Shown: in pieces, positions 46,393-55,251 of the stretch
Layout: every line of letters begins with the position of its first letter
Position numbering within the stretch: position 1 is the first letter of the stretch
Translations under genes and position numbers: made by a program
Notes under the pieces: model-generated
Seen by the model: only the letters and a program-made list of their open reading frames with translations
Database searches by the model: none
What the model was told of the DNA's origin: nothing
Assembly: GCA_034434695.1 (NCBI GenBank)
Contig: DAOTYY010000113.1
Location: forward strand, 1,979-65,978
Reading direction: 5' to 3'
DNA from: Anaerolineaceae bacterium
GTDB taxonomy: Bacteria; Chloroflexota; Anaerolineae; Anaerolineales; Anaerolineaceae
Length of the DNA: 64,000 nucleotides

Positions 46393-48632
46393 TGTTCAGA
46401 CCACGACCACACCAACAAGCAGTTCTTAATTACCGCTCGGGTAAAATGGGGGTCTCTGCAGTTCCAGGGAGTGGAAAGACTCACACCCTGTCTTATCTTG
46501 CTGCTTTGCTTATTCAAGAAGGGTATATCAAAGAGGATCAGGAAATCTTAATCGTTACGTTGGTGAATTCAGCAGTAGACAATTTCTCCAGCCGGATTGC
46601 AGGATTTGTACAGGGGTTCGGAATGTTGCCGGGAACGAACTACCGGGTGCGCACACTGCATGGGCTAGCACATGACATCGTGCGTGAGCGTCCTGATCTG
46701 GTCGGCTTGTCCAGTCAATTTGAAATTATCGATGAACGTGAAGCATATCGAATCGTTGAAAACGCTACTATCAACTGGTTACAAACAAATCCAGAGTTTA
46801 TCTTACAGTTCACAAAACCGGATAAAAACCCATTTCATGACACCCAAATTCGCAGTAAGTGGAAAGAACTGGCAGTCAACACAACCATTAGTTTCATCCG
46901 CCTTTGCAAAGACTACCAAGCAACTCCAGAGCAGGTGAGAGAAAAGCTGAATACCCTCAAGTTCGTTCACCCCTTGTTACAAATGGGTGCTGAAGTGTAT
47001 GAAAATTACCAGCGTGCGCTCAGATTCCGAGGTGCGCTGGACTTTGACGACTTGATTCGCCTGGCATTAGACGCGTTGCAGTCAGACACTCATTACCTGC
47101 AACGTCTGCGGTACCGCTGGCCTTATATCCTAGAAGATGAAGCCCAGGACAGCAGTCGGCTACAAGAGTTGATTTTACGTACACTCGTTGGAGAGTCTGG
47201 TAACTGGGTCCGAGTTGGGGACCCGAATCAGGCAATATATGAAACATTTACCACTGCCAGCCCTGAATTTCTGCGCACTTTTCTTAAGGAAAACGGCGTT
47301 CAGGCTCAATCGTTGCCTAATTCCGGGCGTTCGACGCTTAGCATCATCAGACTGGCAAATTATCTTATTCGGTGGAATAATGAACAGCCAGCCCATGAGG
47401 AACTTCGCGGGGTCCTGAATTTTCCCTTTATCGAGCCAGCGCCGCCAGGTGACCCTCAGCCTAATCCACCAGATCAGCCAGAGAGCATTCATTTGATCAT
47501 GCGTAAATATGATGCAACGAAAGAACTACAAGCAGTTGTTCAATCCCTGCGCAAATGGCTGCCTCATAATCAGGACAAAACAGTAGCGGTGTTGGTGCCA
47601 CGCAATGAACGTGGAGCAAAAGTCGTGGAAGCACTCCGCCAAAACGGTATTGAGGTCATTGAACTCCTGCAAACCACCCAATCCACACGCACAGTTGCGG
47701 GAATGCTTTACAATGTTCTGCGAGTTCTTGCAGATCCATTATCCCCTCGTCTGCTGGAAGACTGCTACCGCACACTGCGCGCTCAAGAAGCAGAACAGAT
47801 TGATTTTGCAGATATTTACCATCAGGTATCATTGCTTTTGAGACGTTGTGAGCGGACAGAAGATTATCTGGCACCAACCCCTGAGCGAAGTTGGCTGGAT
47901 GAAGTTGCAAAACAAAGTTTTCCGGAAAACGTTTTACAAGAACTAGATTGGTTCCGCCAATCTATTCGCCGCTGGCAGGCAGCAATCCTGTTGCCCATTG
48001 ACCAGTTGATACTGACCATTGCCCAAGATTTGTTCACTGCGCACAATGATCTAGCGTTGGCGCACAAACTGGCATTGCTACTGGAACATGCCAGAACAAC
48101 AAACCCTTCATGGCAATTGCCCGAGTTTGCTGCAGAATTAGAGACCATTGTAAAAAGACAGCGTAAGTTTATCGGCTTCAGTGATGATGATACTGGTTTC
48201 GACCCAGAGCAACACAAGGGTAAAGTAGTTGTAGCTACAATCCATAAAGCAAAAGGTCTGGAATGGGACAGGGTTTATCTAATGTCGGCAAACAATTACG
48301 ATTTCCCTTCCGCTCAGCCCTATGATAACTACTACGCTGAAAAGTATTTCATTCGAGATGAGCTCAATCTGGAAGCTGAAACCTTATTCAGGCTGCGAGC
48401 ATTGCTTCAGGGCGACTTGCCGGGAATTTACATTGAGAATGGCTTTGCAACCCAAAAAGCGCGCCTAGATTACTCAGCTGAACGTCTGCGTCTATTTTAT
48501 GTTGGCATTACACGAGCCCGCCGCGAACTGGTGATCACATGGAATACTGGACAGCACAATACGAACCAGCCTGCCCTTCCATTAGTTGCCTTAAGATCAT
48601 TTTGGGAGCAACAGCATGTCCATTCCTCCTGA
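46392..48632 (+). CDS. UvrD/Rep-family DNA helicase (no nuclease domain)
   Basis: Motifs seen are AVPGSGKTHT, ILEDEAQDSS, GDPNQAIY, NSGRS, ATIHKAKGLEWDRV and FYVGITRAR. Confidence 0.88.
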   Translation: MFRPRPHQQAVLNYRSGKMGVSAVPGSGKTHTLSYLAALLIQEGYIKEDQEILIVTLVNSAVDNFSSRIAGFVQGFGMLPGTNYRVRTLHGLAHDIVRERPDLVGLSSQFEIIDEREAYRIVENATINWLQTNPEFILQFTKPDKNPFHDTQIRSKWKELAVNTTISFIRLCKDYQATPEQVREKLNTLKFVHPLLQMGAEVYENYQRALRFRGALDFDDLIRLALDALQSDTHYLQRLRYRWPYILEDEAQDSSRLQELILRTLVGESGNWVRVGDPNQAIYETFTTASPEFLRTFLKENGVQAQSLPNSGRSTLSIIRLANYLIRWNNEQPAHEELRGVLNFPFIEPAPPGDPQPNPPDQPESIHLIMRKYDATKELQAVVQSLRKWLPHNQDKTVAVLVPRNERGAKVVEALRQNGIEVIELLQTTQSTRTVAGMLYNVLRVLADPLSPRLLEDCYRTLRAQEAEQIDFADIYHQVSLLLRRCERTEDYLAPTPERSWLDEVAKQSFPENVLQELDWFRQSIRRWQAAILLPIDQLILTIAQDLFTAHNDLALAHKLALLLEHARTTNPSWQLPEFAAELETIVKRQRKFIGFSDDDTGFDPEQHKGKVVVATIHKAKGLEWDRVYLMSANNYDFPSAQPYDNYYAEKYFIRDELNLEAETLFRLRALLQGDLPGIYIENGFATQKARLDYSAERLRLFYVGITRARRELVITWNTGQHNTNQPALPLVALRSFWEQQHVHSS

Positions 48633-49446
48633 TTTTGTATTCAGCCAGAGCAATTTACAGGATTTTGTGGATTGTCCGCGCCGCTTTGAATTGCGCTATT
48701 TATTAAGACAGCCCTGGCCGGCACCACAAAGCGAGCCAACCGATGAATGGGAACATCGTTTGTTGCAAGGGCAACGCTTTCATCACCTTATTTACCAATT
48801 CTTTTCCGGCTTGCCAGCAGAAACACTATCTTTGACCGTACATGACAAAGAATTAAGCCACTGGTGGCAAAATCTACTCTCCAGCACCTTTCTGACAGAA
48901 CTGCCCGAGAAACAATATCCTGAATTTACGTTGTCTGCCCCGTTTGCTGGCTTCCGCTTGATTGCCAAATATGACTTGATTGCGGTTGAGCCGGGCAGAC
49001 GTTTGATCATTGTGGATTGGAAAACTTTTACTCCGCGAGCTGGAACAAGTTACTTAAGGCAGCGCATCCAGTCTCGTCTTTACCCTCTATTAATGATCGA
49101 AGCTGGTCACACGATTAATTGTGGAACTGTTGATCCCTCTCAGATTGAAATGATCTACTGGTTTGTAGAACAACCTGAAGCCCCACTCCGCTTTCAATAC
49201 AATCAAGAAGAATACCCCAAAGATCATGAATATCTCACAGAGCTGATTAAGAACATTGTGTCGCGTAAACCCGGAGAGTTCGAACTCACCTTCAATGAAA
49301 AATTATGCGCTTTTTGTAATTACCGTTCACTTTGCAATCGGGGCGAACGCGCCGGAAACCTTAGCGACCTCAACGAAGAGCCATATCAGGAATCTGAAGA
49401 TACAATTCAAATTGATTTTGACCAGATTGGAGAAATTCAATTTTGA
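48616..49446 (+). CDS. Stand-alone PD-(D/E)XK nuclease of the Cas4/AddB type with a 4-Cys Fe-S cluster motif
   Basis: The N-terminal Cys lies in FVDCPRRF. Motif II is AKYDLIAV, motif III is IVDWKT, and QSRLY is present. The C-terminal motif is CAFCNYRSLC. Confidence 0.8.
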   Translation: MSIPPDFVFSQSNLQDFVDCPRRFELRYLLRQPWPAPQSEPTDEWEHRLLQGQRFHHLIYQFFSGLPAETLSLTVHDKELSHWWQNLLSSTFLTELPEKQYPEFTLSAPFAGFRLIAKYDLIAVEPGRRLIIVDWKTFTPRAGTSYLRQRIQSRLYPLLMIEAGHTINCGTVDPSQIEMIYWFVEQPEAPLRFQYNQEEYPKDHEYLTELIKNIVSRKPGEFELTFNEKLCAFCNYRSLCNRGERAGNLSDLNEEPYQESEDTIQIDFDQIGEIQF

Positions 49447-51788
49447 AGAATCCTTTACAAGAGTGGGTTGAACCACAACCGGTTGAAATCCCACGCGAAC
49501 TTATGCAGATCACCGGCGGGCATTCACTGCTTGCCAAAGCGCTTGTTCGCCGCGGCATTGGTGATCCGAATCAGGTTAAAGCCTTTCTGGATCCCGCTTA
49601 TTACCGCCCGCTCTCCCCTCAAGAACTACCAGATTTAGCGCAGGCAGTTGATAGGCTACAAACAGCAATCAAAAACCGGGAACAGATTGGCATCTGGGGT
49701 GATTTTGATGTAGATGGACAAACAGCAACCACTTTGCTTCTTTCAAGTCTGGAACAACTGGGAGCCAACGTTTGCTATCATATTCCAATTCGATCGATCG
49801 AATCACATGGCGTTCACCCGCAGGCTCTGGTTGAGTTTCTTAAGCAGGGCATACAACTTTTGATCACCTGTGATACAGGTATTACTGCTCATGAAGCTAT
49901 CAAAATCTGTCAAAAACAGGGGGTGGACGTCTTGATTACCGACCATCATACTCTGCCGCCAGAGTTACCGTCTGCGCAGGCAGTGGTCAATCCTCAAAGG
50001 TTACCACAAACTCATCCGTTGTACCCACTTTGCGGTGTTGGTGTTGCATGGAAAGTAGTGGAAGAACTTTACCAGCGCAACGGGAGAATGCCCGATCTAG
50101 AAAACAATCTTGATTTGGTGGCCCTTGGAACAATAGCTGACCTTGCTGCGCTGAACGGGGAAAACCGTTATCTGGTTCAACGCGGACTAAAAATCTTGCG
50201 AGAATCTAAACGTCCCGCATTGCAAGCAATGCTTGAATCCGCCGAAATTCAATCTGATCACCTCAGTGAAAATCATGTCAGTTTCATCCTCGCTCCTCGC
50301 TTGAATGCGATTGGACGTCTAGATGACGCCAATCCTGTCGTTCAATTTTTGACCACCAAAAATATCACTGATGCACGGTTGTTCGCTGCAAAGCTGGAGG
50401 GCTTAAACGCTCGTCGCAAGTTGCTTTGTGATCAAGTCTTTGCATCTGCTCAAGCACAAATCGAACGAGCCCCCGGCTTATTGAACAATCCTGCTCTGAT
50501 TTTGGAGCATCCCGAATGGCCCGCCGGCGTGATCGGCATAGTAGCTAGTCGGCTAGCAGAACTTTATCACTTGCCTGTCATTCTGTTTTCAACCCCGCCC
50601 GGTCAAATTGCGCGCGGGTCGGCTCGATCAGTAGAAGGAATTAACATCACCCAGGCAATCTCTGAGCACCAGGAACTTCTGGTCGGTTTTGGCGGGCACC
50701 CAATGGCAGCCGGATTGAGCATCAAAACCGAACGCATCCCTCAATTCAGACGAGCACTGCTCAAAAATCTTTCCCTCCATTACCCGGCCGTTTTTCCCAG
50801 TCAAAAGCTGGTCATTGATGACTTTGTTGAATTATTCGAAATAACCCCCGAACTGGCACAGGCAATGGAACAACTGTCGCCATTCGGTCCGGGGAATCCC
50901 CCTGTTTTGCTTGCAACACGCAACCTGATCCTGAAAAGCTATACACCCATTGGAAAGAACAAGGAACATCTACTATTAACCGTTGAAGATACCAGTGGCA
51001 CATTTCACCGCGTGATCTGGTGGCAGGGAGCAAACTCAGAACTTCCGAGCACTCGTTTCGATCTGGCGTTTACTGCTCGCATGAGCAATTACCGCGGACA
51101 GAGCGAGGTTCAATTGGAATGGGTGGCAGCCCGCACCATCGAATCTGCTCCATACCCTCTGGCCCCAAAACAGTTTGTTCAGGTGATTGATCTGCGCCAA
51201 GAGTCGGTCACGGATAATCTCATTAAAGCCTATCTAGAAGAACCAGATGCGCTTCTTTGGAGAGAAGGAGAACTTACGGCAGGACCGCCCGGCATTGATC
51301 GGTATCACTTAACTCCATGCCGCACATTGATTATCTGGAGCACCCCACCATGCCAGGATGTGCTGGAATCCATCCTGCAAATTTCCTCGCCACAAAGGGT
51401 GATTCTGCTTAACATGGAAAGCACGACAGACCACCCACAGGCATTTCTCACCAGATTGGCAAGTCTTATCCTTCATGCAATAAAAACAAATCAAACCAGA
51501 CTGGATTTTTGTAGACTGGCTACTGCGACTTGCCAGCGCGAATCTGTTGTCGAATTAGGAGTAAAATGGCTGGCAGCAAAAGGATTTTTTACGATTGAAC
51601 TCATGTCGGATTCTGAATGTTCGATTATCCCAGGTGGACAACCAAACCCTGTTCATCTTTCAGAGATCGAACACCGCCTTAAGTATCTGCTTCAAGAAAC
51701 AAAAGCTTATCGAGCTTACTATGCGCGTGCTGAAGCTCAATTGCTTGTTGGAGCTGCTATGATAAAAGAAAGAAAAAGCAAGGAGTAA
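49443..51788 (+). CDS. recJ: Single-stranded-DNA-specific exonuclease RecJ (long form with a C-terminal extension)
   Basis: The DHH-family motifs are GIWGDFDVDGQT, ITCDTG and VLITDHHT. GGHPMAAG is present, and an OB-like segment is followed by about 220 extra aa. The TTG start overlaps the upstream stop. Confidence 0.9.
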   Translation: MKNPLQEWVEPQPVEIPRELMQITGGHSLLAKALVRRGIGDPNQVKAFLDPAYYRPLSPQELPDLAQAVDRLQTAIKNREQIGIWGDFDVDGQTATTLLLSSLEQLGANVCYHIPIRSIESHGVHPQALVEFLKQGIQLLITCDTGITAHEAIKICQKQGVDVLITDHHTLPPELPSAQAVVNPQRLPQTHPLYPLCGVGVAWKVVEELYQRNGRMPDLENNLDLVALGTIADLAALNGENRYLVQRGLKILRESKRPALQAMLESAEIQSDHLSENHVSFILAPRLNAIGRLDDANPVVQFLTTKNITDARLFAAKLEGLNARRKLLCDQVFASAQAQIERAPGLLNNPALILEHPEWPAGVIGIVASRLAELYHLPVILFSTPPGQIARGSARSVEGINITQAISEHQELLVGFGGHPMAAGLSIKTERIPQFRRALLKNLSLHYPAVFPSQKLVIDDFVELFEITPELAQAMEQLSPFGPGNPPVLLATRNLILKSYTPIGKNKEHLLLTVEDTSGTFHRVIWWQGANSELPSTRFDLAFTARMSNYRGQSEVQLEWVAARTIESAPYPLAPKQFVQVIDLRQESVTDNLIKAYLEEPDALLWREGELTAGPPGIDRYHLTPCRTLIIWSTPPCQDVLESILQISSPQRVILLNMESTTDHPQAFLTRLASLILHAIKTNQTRLDFCRLATATCQRESVVELGVKWLAAKGFFTIELMSDSECSIIPGGQPNPVHLSEIEHRLKYLLQETKAYRAYYARAEAQLLVGAAMIKERKSKE

Positions 51789-51795
51789 GTAAGTT

Positions 51796-52782
51796 ATGAA
51801 CACGCTTCGATGGGGTATTCTTGGCACAGCCCGTATTAACCGGCATATCATTCCAGCCCTCAAAGCCTCCCGTCGCAATCAACTGGTTGCCATTGCCAGC
51901 CGCTCGCTAGAGAACGCCCGCCATTTTGCAAATCAATGGAATGTTCCCCATGCCTACGGCAGTTATGATGTCTTGCTGGAGGACCCCAGCATTGATGTAA
52001 TTTATATCCCACTTCCCAACCACCTTCATGTGGAATGGACACTTCACGCTCTTCAAGCGGGGAAACATGTTCTTTGCGAAAAACCAATCGCCCTATCGCC
52101 AGAAGATGTTACCCTCATACAAAACACTGCTCAACAAAAAAAGCTTGTTGTCATGGAAGCATTTATGTACCGACACCACCCGCAGACAATAAAAGTGCAA
52201 GAAATCATTGCTTCTGGTGAACTGGGAGAGATACATCTAATGCATGGCAGCTTCAGTTTTCTTCTGGATAGAGCTGATGACGTGCGCTGGATTCCGGAAT
52301 ATGGTGGAGGGAGTTTATGGGACTTGGGTTGCTATCCAGTCAGTTATTGCCATATGATTATGAGAACTCTGCCCACAGAAGTTTATGGCTGGCAAATGAC
52401 ATCTGCTTCAGGGGTTGACTTGGTTTTCACCGGAACATTACGGTATTCTGGCGGTACACTGGCACAAATTTCATCCAGCTTTGCCGTGCAAACTTACACG
52501 GGTTTCGAAATCCATGGCTCGCGTGCGAATCTCTTAATTCCTAAACCATTTAACCCGCAAGGAAAAACTTACATTATCCTGCAACAGCAAGGAAGAGAAC
52601 GACGATTAGAATTCAAGGTAAAAGATCTATACCTTGGAGAAGTTGAAAACATGGCAGAAGCCATTCTTGACGGCATTCCACCCCGTATAGACCTGCAGGA
52701 AAGCAAACAAAATATTACAACACTTAAAGCCTTGTATACCTCTGCCAATCAAAACACCGCCATCCGCTTATCCAGCGAATGA
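51796..52782 (+). CDS. Gfo/Idh/MocA-family NAD(P)-dependent oxidoreductase
   Basis: The Rossmann N-terminus is RWGILGTARI and the motif is HVLCEKPIAL. Confidence 0.88.
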   Translation: MNTLRWGILGTARINRHIIPALKASRRNQLVAIASRSLENARHFANQWNVPHAYGSYDVLLEDPSIDVIYIPLPNHLHVEWTLHALQAGKHVLCEKPIALSPEDVTLIQNTAQQKKLVVMEAFMYRHHPQTIKVQEIIASGELGEIHLMHGSFSFLLDRADDVRWIPEYGGGSLWDLGCYPVSYCHMIMRTLPTEVYGWQMTSASGVDLVFTGTLRYSGGTLAQISSSFAVQTYTGFEIHGSRANLLIPKPFNPQGKTYIILQQQGRERRLEFKVKDLYLGEVENMAEAILDGIPPRIDLQESKQNITTLKALYTSANQNTAIRLSSE

Positions 52783-52818
52783 CATGCGGGCATTTACGAA
52801 ATCCTAAAAACTTTGTTT

Positions 52819-53499
52819 TTAATCTGAGGAGCGCTTGGGTATCTTGGGAATCAGCCAGTCCAGAAAAGCCCGTACACTACGCGTTTGTACCAAAACCTTA
52901 CCTGGTCCGGTCAGGTCCACCACCAGTCCCTCGCCGCCCAACAAAGTTGCTTTCAAACCGCCAATAGCACGCAACTTGAAGCCAATGCCTTCTGGAAAAG
53001 CGACCAAATGTCCAGTATCCACCGTATAGGTTTGCCCTGGAGCCAGATCAATCTCATGAATGGCACCATAGCTGGAAAGTATCAACGTCCCGCTGCCGCT
53101 ACATCGTAACATGATTAGCCCTTCACCGCCAAAAAAGGTTTTTGCCCCAGACCACTTTGTATCAGTGGCGACCCCTTCACTGGAAGCCAAAAATGATCCG
53201 GATTGAACTAGATAACTCTGGTTTTGCAGGGTGAGAACAAACACGTCACCGGTGAGCGTCGGCGCAAACAAAATCTCACCACCGCGCGATGAAGCGCGAA
53301 ATGTGTTAATGAAAAAAGACTCTCCTCCCAGAACTGAGCGAGCCAGTGATTGTAGCACTCCGCCGCGCATTTTGGTTTCAATTTGCATGTCCCCCGACAT
53401 GCTCAGCATTGCCCCTGCTTCAGCAATGACTGCCTCATTTGGGGAAAGCATCACTCTTGCCACTGAATAGGAAGGACGATACAGAATTTCCACTTGCAT
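52819..53499 (-). CDS. AIM24/TIGR00266-family protein
   Basis: The sequence reads MQVEILYRPSYSVARVMLSPNEAVIAEAGAMLSM...GEGLIMLRCSGSGTL, which is typical of this family. Confidence 0.8.
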   Translation of the reverse strand: MQVEILYRPSYSVARVMLSPNEAVIAEAGAMLSMSGDMQIETKMRGGVLQSLARSVLGGESFFINTFRASSRGGEILFAPTLTGDVFVLTLQNQSYLVQSGSFLASSEGVATDTKWSGAKTFFGGEGLIMLRCSGSGTLILSSYGAIHEIDLAPGQTYTVDTGHLVAFPEGIGFKLRAIGGLKATLLGGEGLVVDLTGPGKVLVQTRSVRAFLDWLIPKIPKRSSD

Positions 53500-53641
53500 T
53501 TGAATACCTCCATAAGGAAATGGATACTTATTATTTCACTGAACTTTTCAGCAACGCAACCTGGAATTGCCCAGTATAATATTTATATGCAATTCTACTA
53601 TATGCGATTCGGTACGGTAAAGCAAACAATGAAAGGTGGAT

Positions 53642-54301
53642 ATGTCTTACCAGGAAATGATGTTTCAAGCGGTAATCAAAAATGACAAAGCGCAAATTCT
53701 TCGTTTACTGAACAAAGAGCCTTCTCTGGTTAACGTGACCACTGCTCAAGGGTTACCTCTTGTGCTTTTTGCCATGTACTACAATCAAGCTGATGTTGCA
53801 CAGCTTCTGGTAAGCCAAGGGGCAATACTGGACATTTTTTCCGCCTCAGCGATTGGAAAACTGGAGCGTGTTCGTGAGTTGGCTGAAGCAAATCCGACTC
53901 TAGTTAACGCATATGCCATTGATGGCTATCAACCGCTTGGATTGGCTTCCTTTTTCGGTCAACTCGGGATCGTAAAATACCTCATTTCTAAAGGAGCAAA
54001 TGTAAATTCACCGTCCGCAAACCAACAAAGAACCACGCCTTTACATTCTGCAGTTGAGGGTCAACACTTAGAAACCGCACATCAGCTTTTGCGGCACGGT
54101 GCTCAGGTGAATGCTCGTCAGGCTGGAGACTTTACCCCGCTTCACAGTGCAGCCTTTCATGGTTCTTTGGCAATGGTGATGCTCTTGTTAGAATATGGAG
54201 CTGACCCGACCGCACAATCCTCTGACGGACGTACGCCGCTGGATATGGCGCTTGAATCAGGCAATCAAGACCTCGTTGACTTTTTTCTTACAGTAAACTG
54301 A
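53642..54301 (+). CDS. Ankyrin-repeat protein
   Basis: It contains several repeats of the form TPLHSAV..GH...A..LL..GA. Confidence 0.85.
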   Translation: MSYQEMMFQAVIKNDKAQILRLLNKEPSLVNVTTAQGLPLVLFAMYYNQADVAQLLVSQGAILDIFSASAIGKLERVRELAEANPTLVNAYAIDGYQPLGLASFFGQLGIVKYLISKGANVNSPSANQQRTTPLHSAVEGQHLETAHQLLRHGAQVNARQAGDFTPLHSAAFHGSLAMVMLLLEYGADPTAQSSDGRTPLDMALESGNQDLVDFFLTVN

Positions 54302-54366
54302 TCGCTGGAAGAAATTGAGAGATAGAAGCCTAAAAATTGCTTTCTCAAGCGCTTAAAAATAACGAG

Positions 54367-54439
54367 GGTGGCTGATGGGGGTCGAACCCACAACATCTTG
54401 ATCCACAGTCAAGCGCTCTGCCATTGAGCTACAGCCACC
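54367..54439 (-). tRNA. tRNA-His (GTG anticodon), CCA not encoded
   Basis: My fold of the minus strand is G(-1)-GTGGCTG-TA-GCTC-AATGGCA-GAGC-G-CTTGA-CTGTGGA-TCAAG-ATGTT-GTGGG-TTCGACC-CCCAT-CAGCCAC-C. The extra 5' G opposite discriminator C is the tRNA-His hallmark. Confidence 0.9.
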
Positions 54440-54498
54440 ATATGTGGAGAAAATTCTATCATACAGCATACAGTTGCGCAAGTGTTCGTTGAGAGACT

Positions 54499-54617
54499 GT
54501 GATTGTTCCAAATTTGGTAGATATGCGTTGAAACCGCCAGATTTGGGGAATAGCAAGGGTTCCTGATCACCAGATATGGCGATTGTCAGTTAAGTTTACA
54601 ATGTTTGGAACAGTCAC
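54499..54617 (+). mobile_element. MITE-like repeat, copy C (119 bp)
   Basis: The TIRs are GTGATTGTTCCAAA / TTTGGAACAGTCAC. Direct TTGAGAGA octamers lie at 54489-54496 and 54618-54625. Confidence 0.8.
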
Positions 54618-54746
54618 TTGAGAGAATATTGAAAAAGTCATATATGGCGCGTAGATATACGAAAAATGGGTTATTCCGCCATATATAGGGGTGTTCTTTG
54701 TTTTTCAACATTCTCCCATTAGAGGGGGAATGGCTAAAATAGGGAT

Positions 54747-55044
54747 ATGTTCGACTGTCCAAAATGTCATCGAACAAAACGCCAAAACCGAGCTGGAAAG
54801 ACGGGAAGTAGCAGCCAACGATATCGCTGCATGTTCTGCCAAATCAAGTACACAACAGACCCCCAAACCTTGGAAGTACCTCGAAGAGGTACGCCAAAAA
54901 GCTATCCCAATCTACGTGGATGGGATGAACTTGCGCCGCGTTGCCCGTCAACTCGGTATCCACCATCGCACCGTCTCTTTGTGGGTCAAAGCCTGCGCCG
55001 CCCAATTGCCCGACCCGCCCGTCTCTGACAAAGTTAAAGAATAG
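54747..55044 (+). pseudogene. IS1-family transposase remnant (InsA-like Zn-finger + HTH only; frameshifted and truncated)
   Basis: One frame reads CPKC...NRAGKTGSSSQRYRCMFC. After a C5 run at 54860-54864 the next frame reads PKPWKYLEEVRQKAIPIYVDGMNLRRVARQLGIHHRTVSLWVKACAAQLPDPP. A stop follows VKE, and no DDE domain is present. Confidence 0.65.
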
Positions 55045-55251
55045 ATGAATAATTTACCTTCAAAGTTTCAATCGTGCCAATTGTATTAATAACGCTTTTC
55101 CAGCGAACTGGATCATGTCTAACGATTCGTCTAAACCACTTCTCCATCTATTCCTGGAGACAAAATAGAGTGCACAATTGTTGTAGTTTTAATATATAAT
55201 CGTAGTACATGTGTAAAGTTTTATTTAACTTTTTATGCGAGGAGCGATAAA

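Noticed and set aside
54353-54556. A 67-aa minus-strand ORF (…MAERLTVDQDVVGSTPISHPRYF).
   Set aside because: It reads straight through tRNA-His and into MITE copy C. The GSTPI-type peptide is the usual artefact of translating a T-arm.
22876-54617. The ~120-nt repeat as a conserved structured sRNA or riboregulator rather than a mobile element.
   Set aside because: Where copies B and C differ inside the clearest internal hairpin (ATCGCCA/TGGTGGT versus ATCACCA/TGGCGAT), the changes break pairing rather than compensate. Terminal inverted repeats and flanking short direct repeats fit a MITE better. With only three copies this is not fully excluded.
54852-54866. The frameshift in the IS1-like gene as programmed -1 frameshifting, as in IS1 insA/insB.
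   Set aside because: The shift lies between the Zn-finger and the HTH, not after the HTH at an A6C-type slippery site. No DDE-encoding frame follows, so it is decay rather than regulation.
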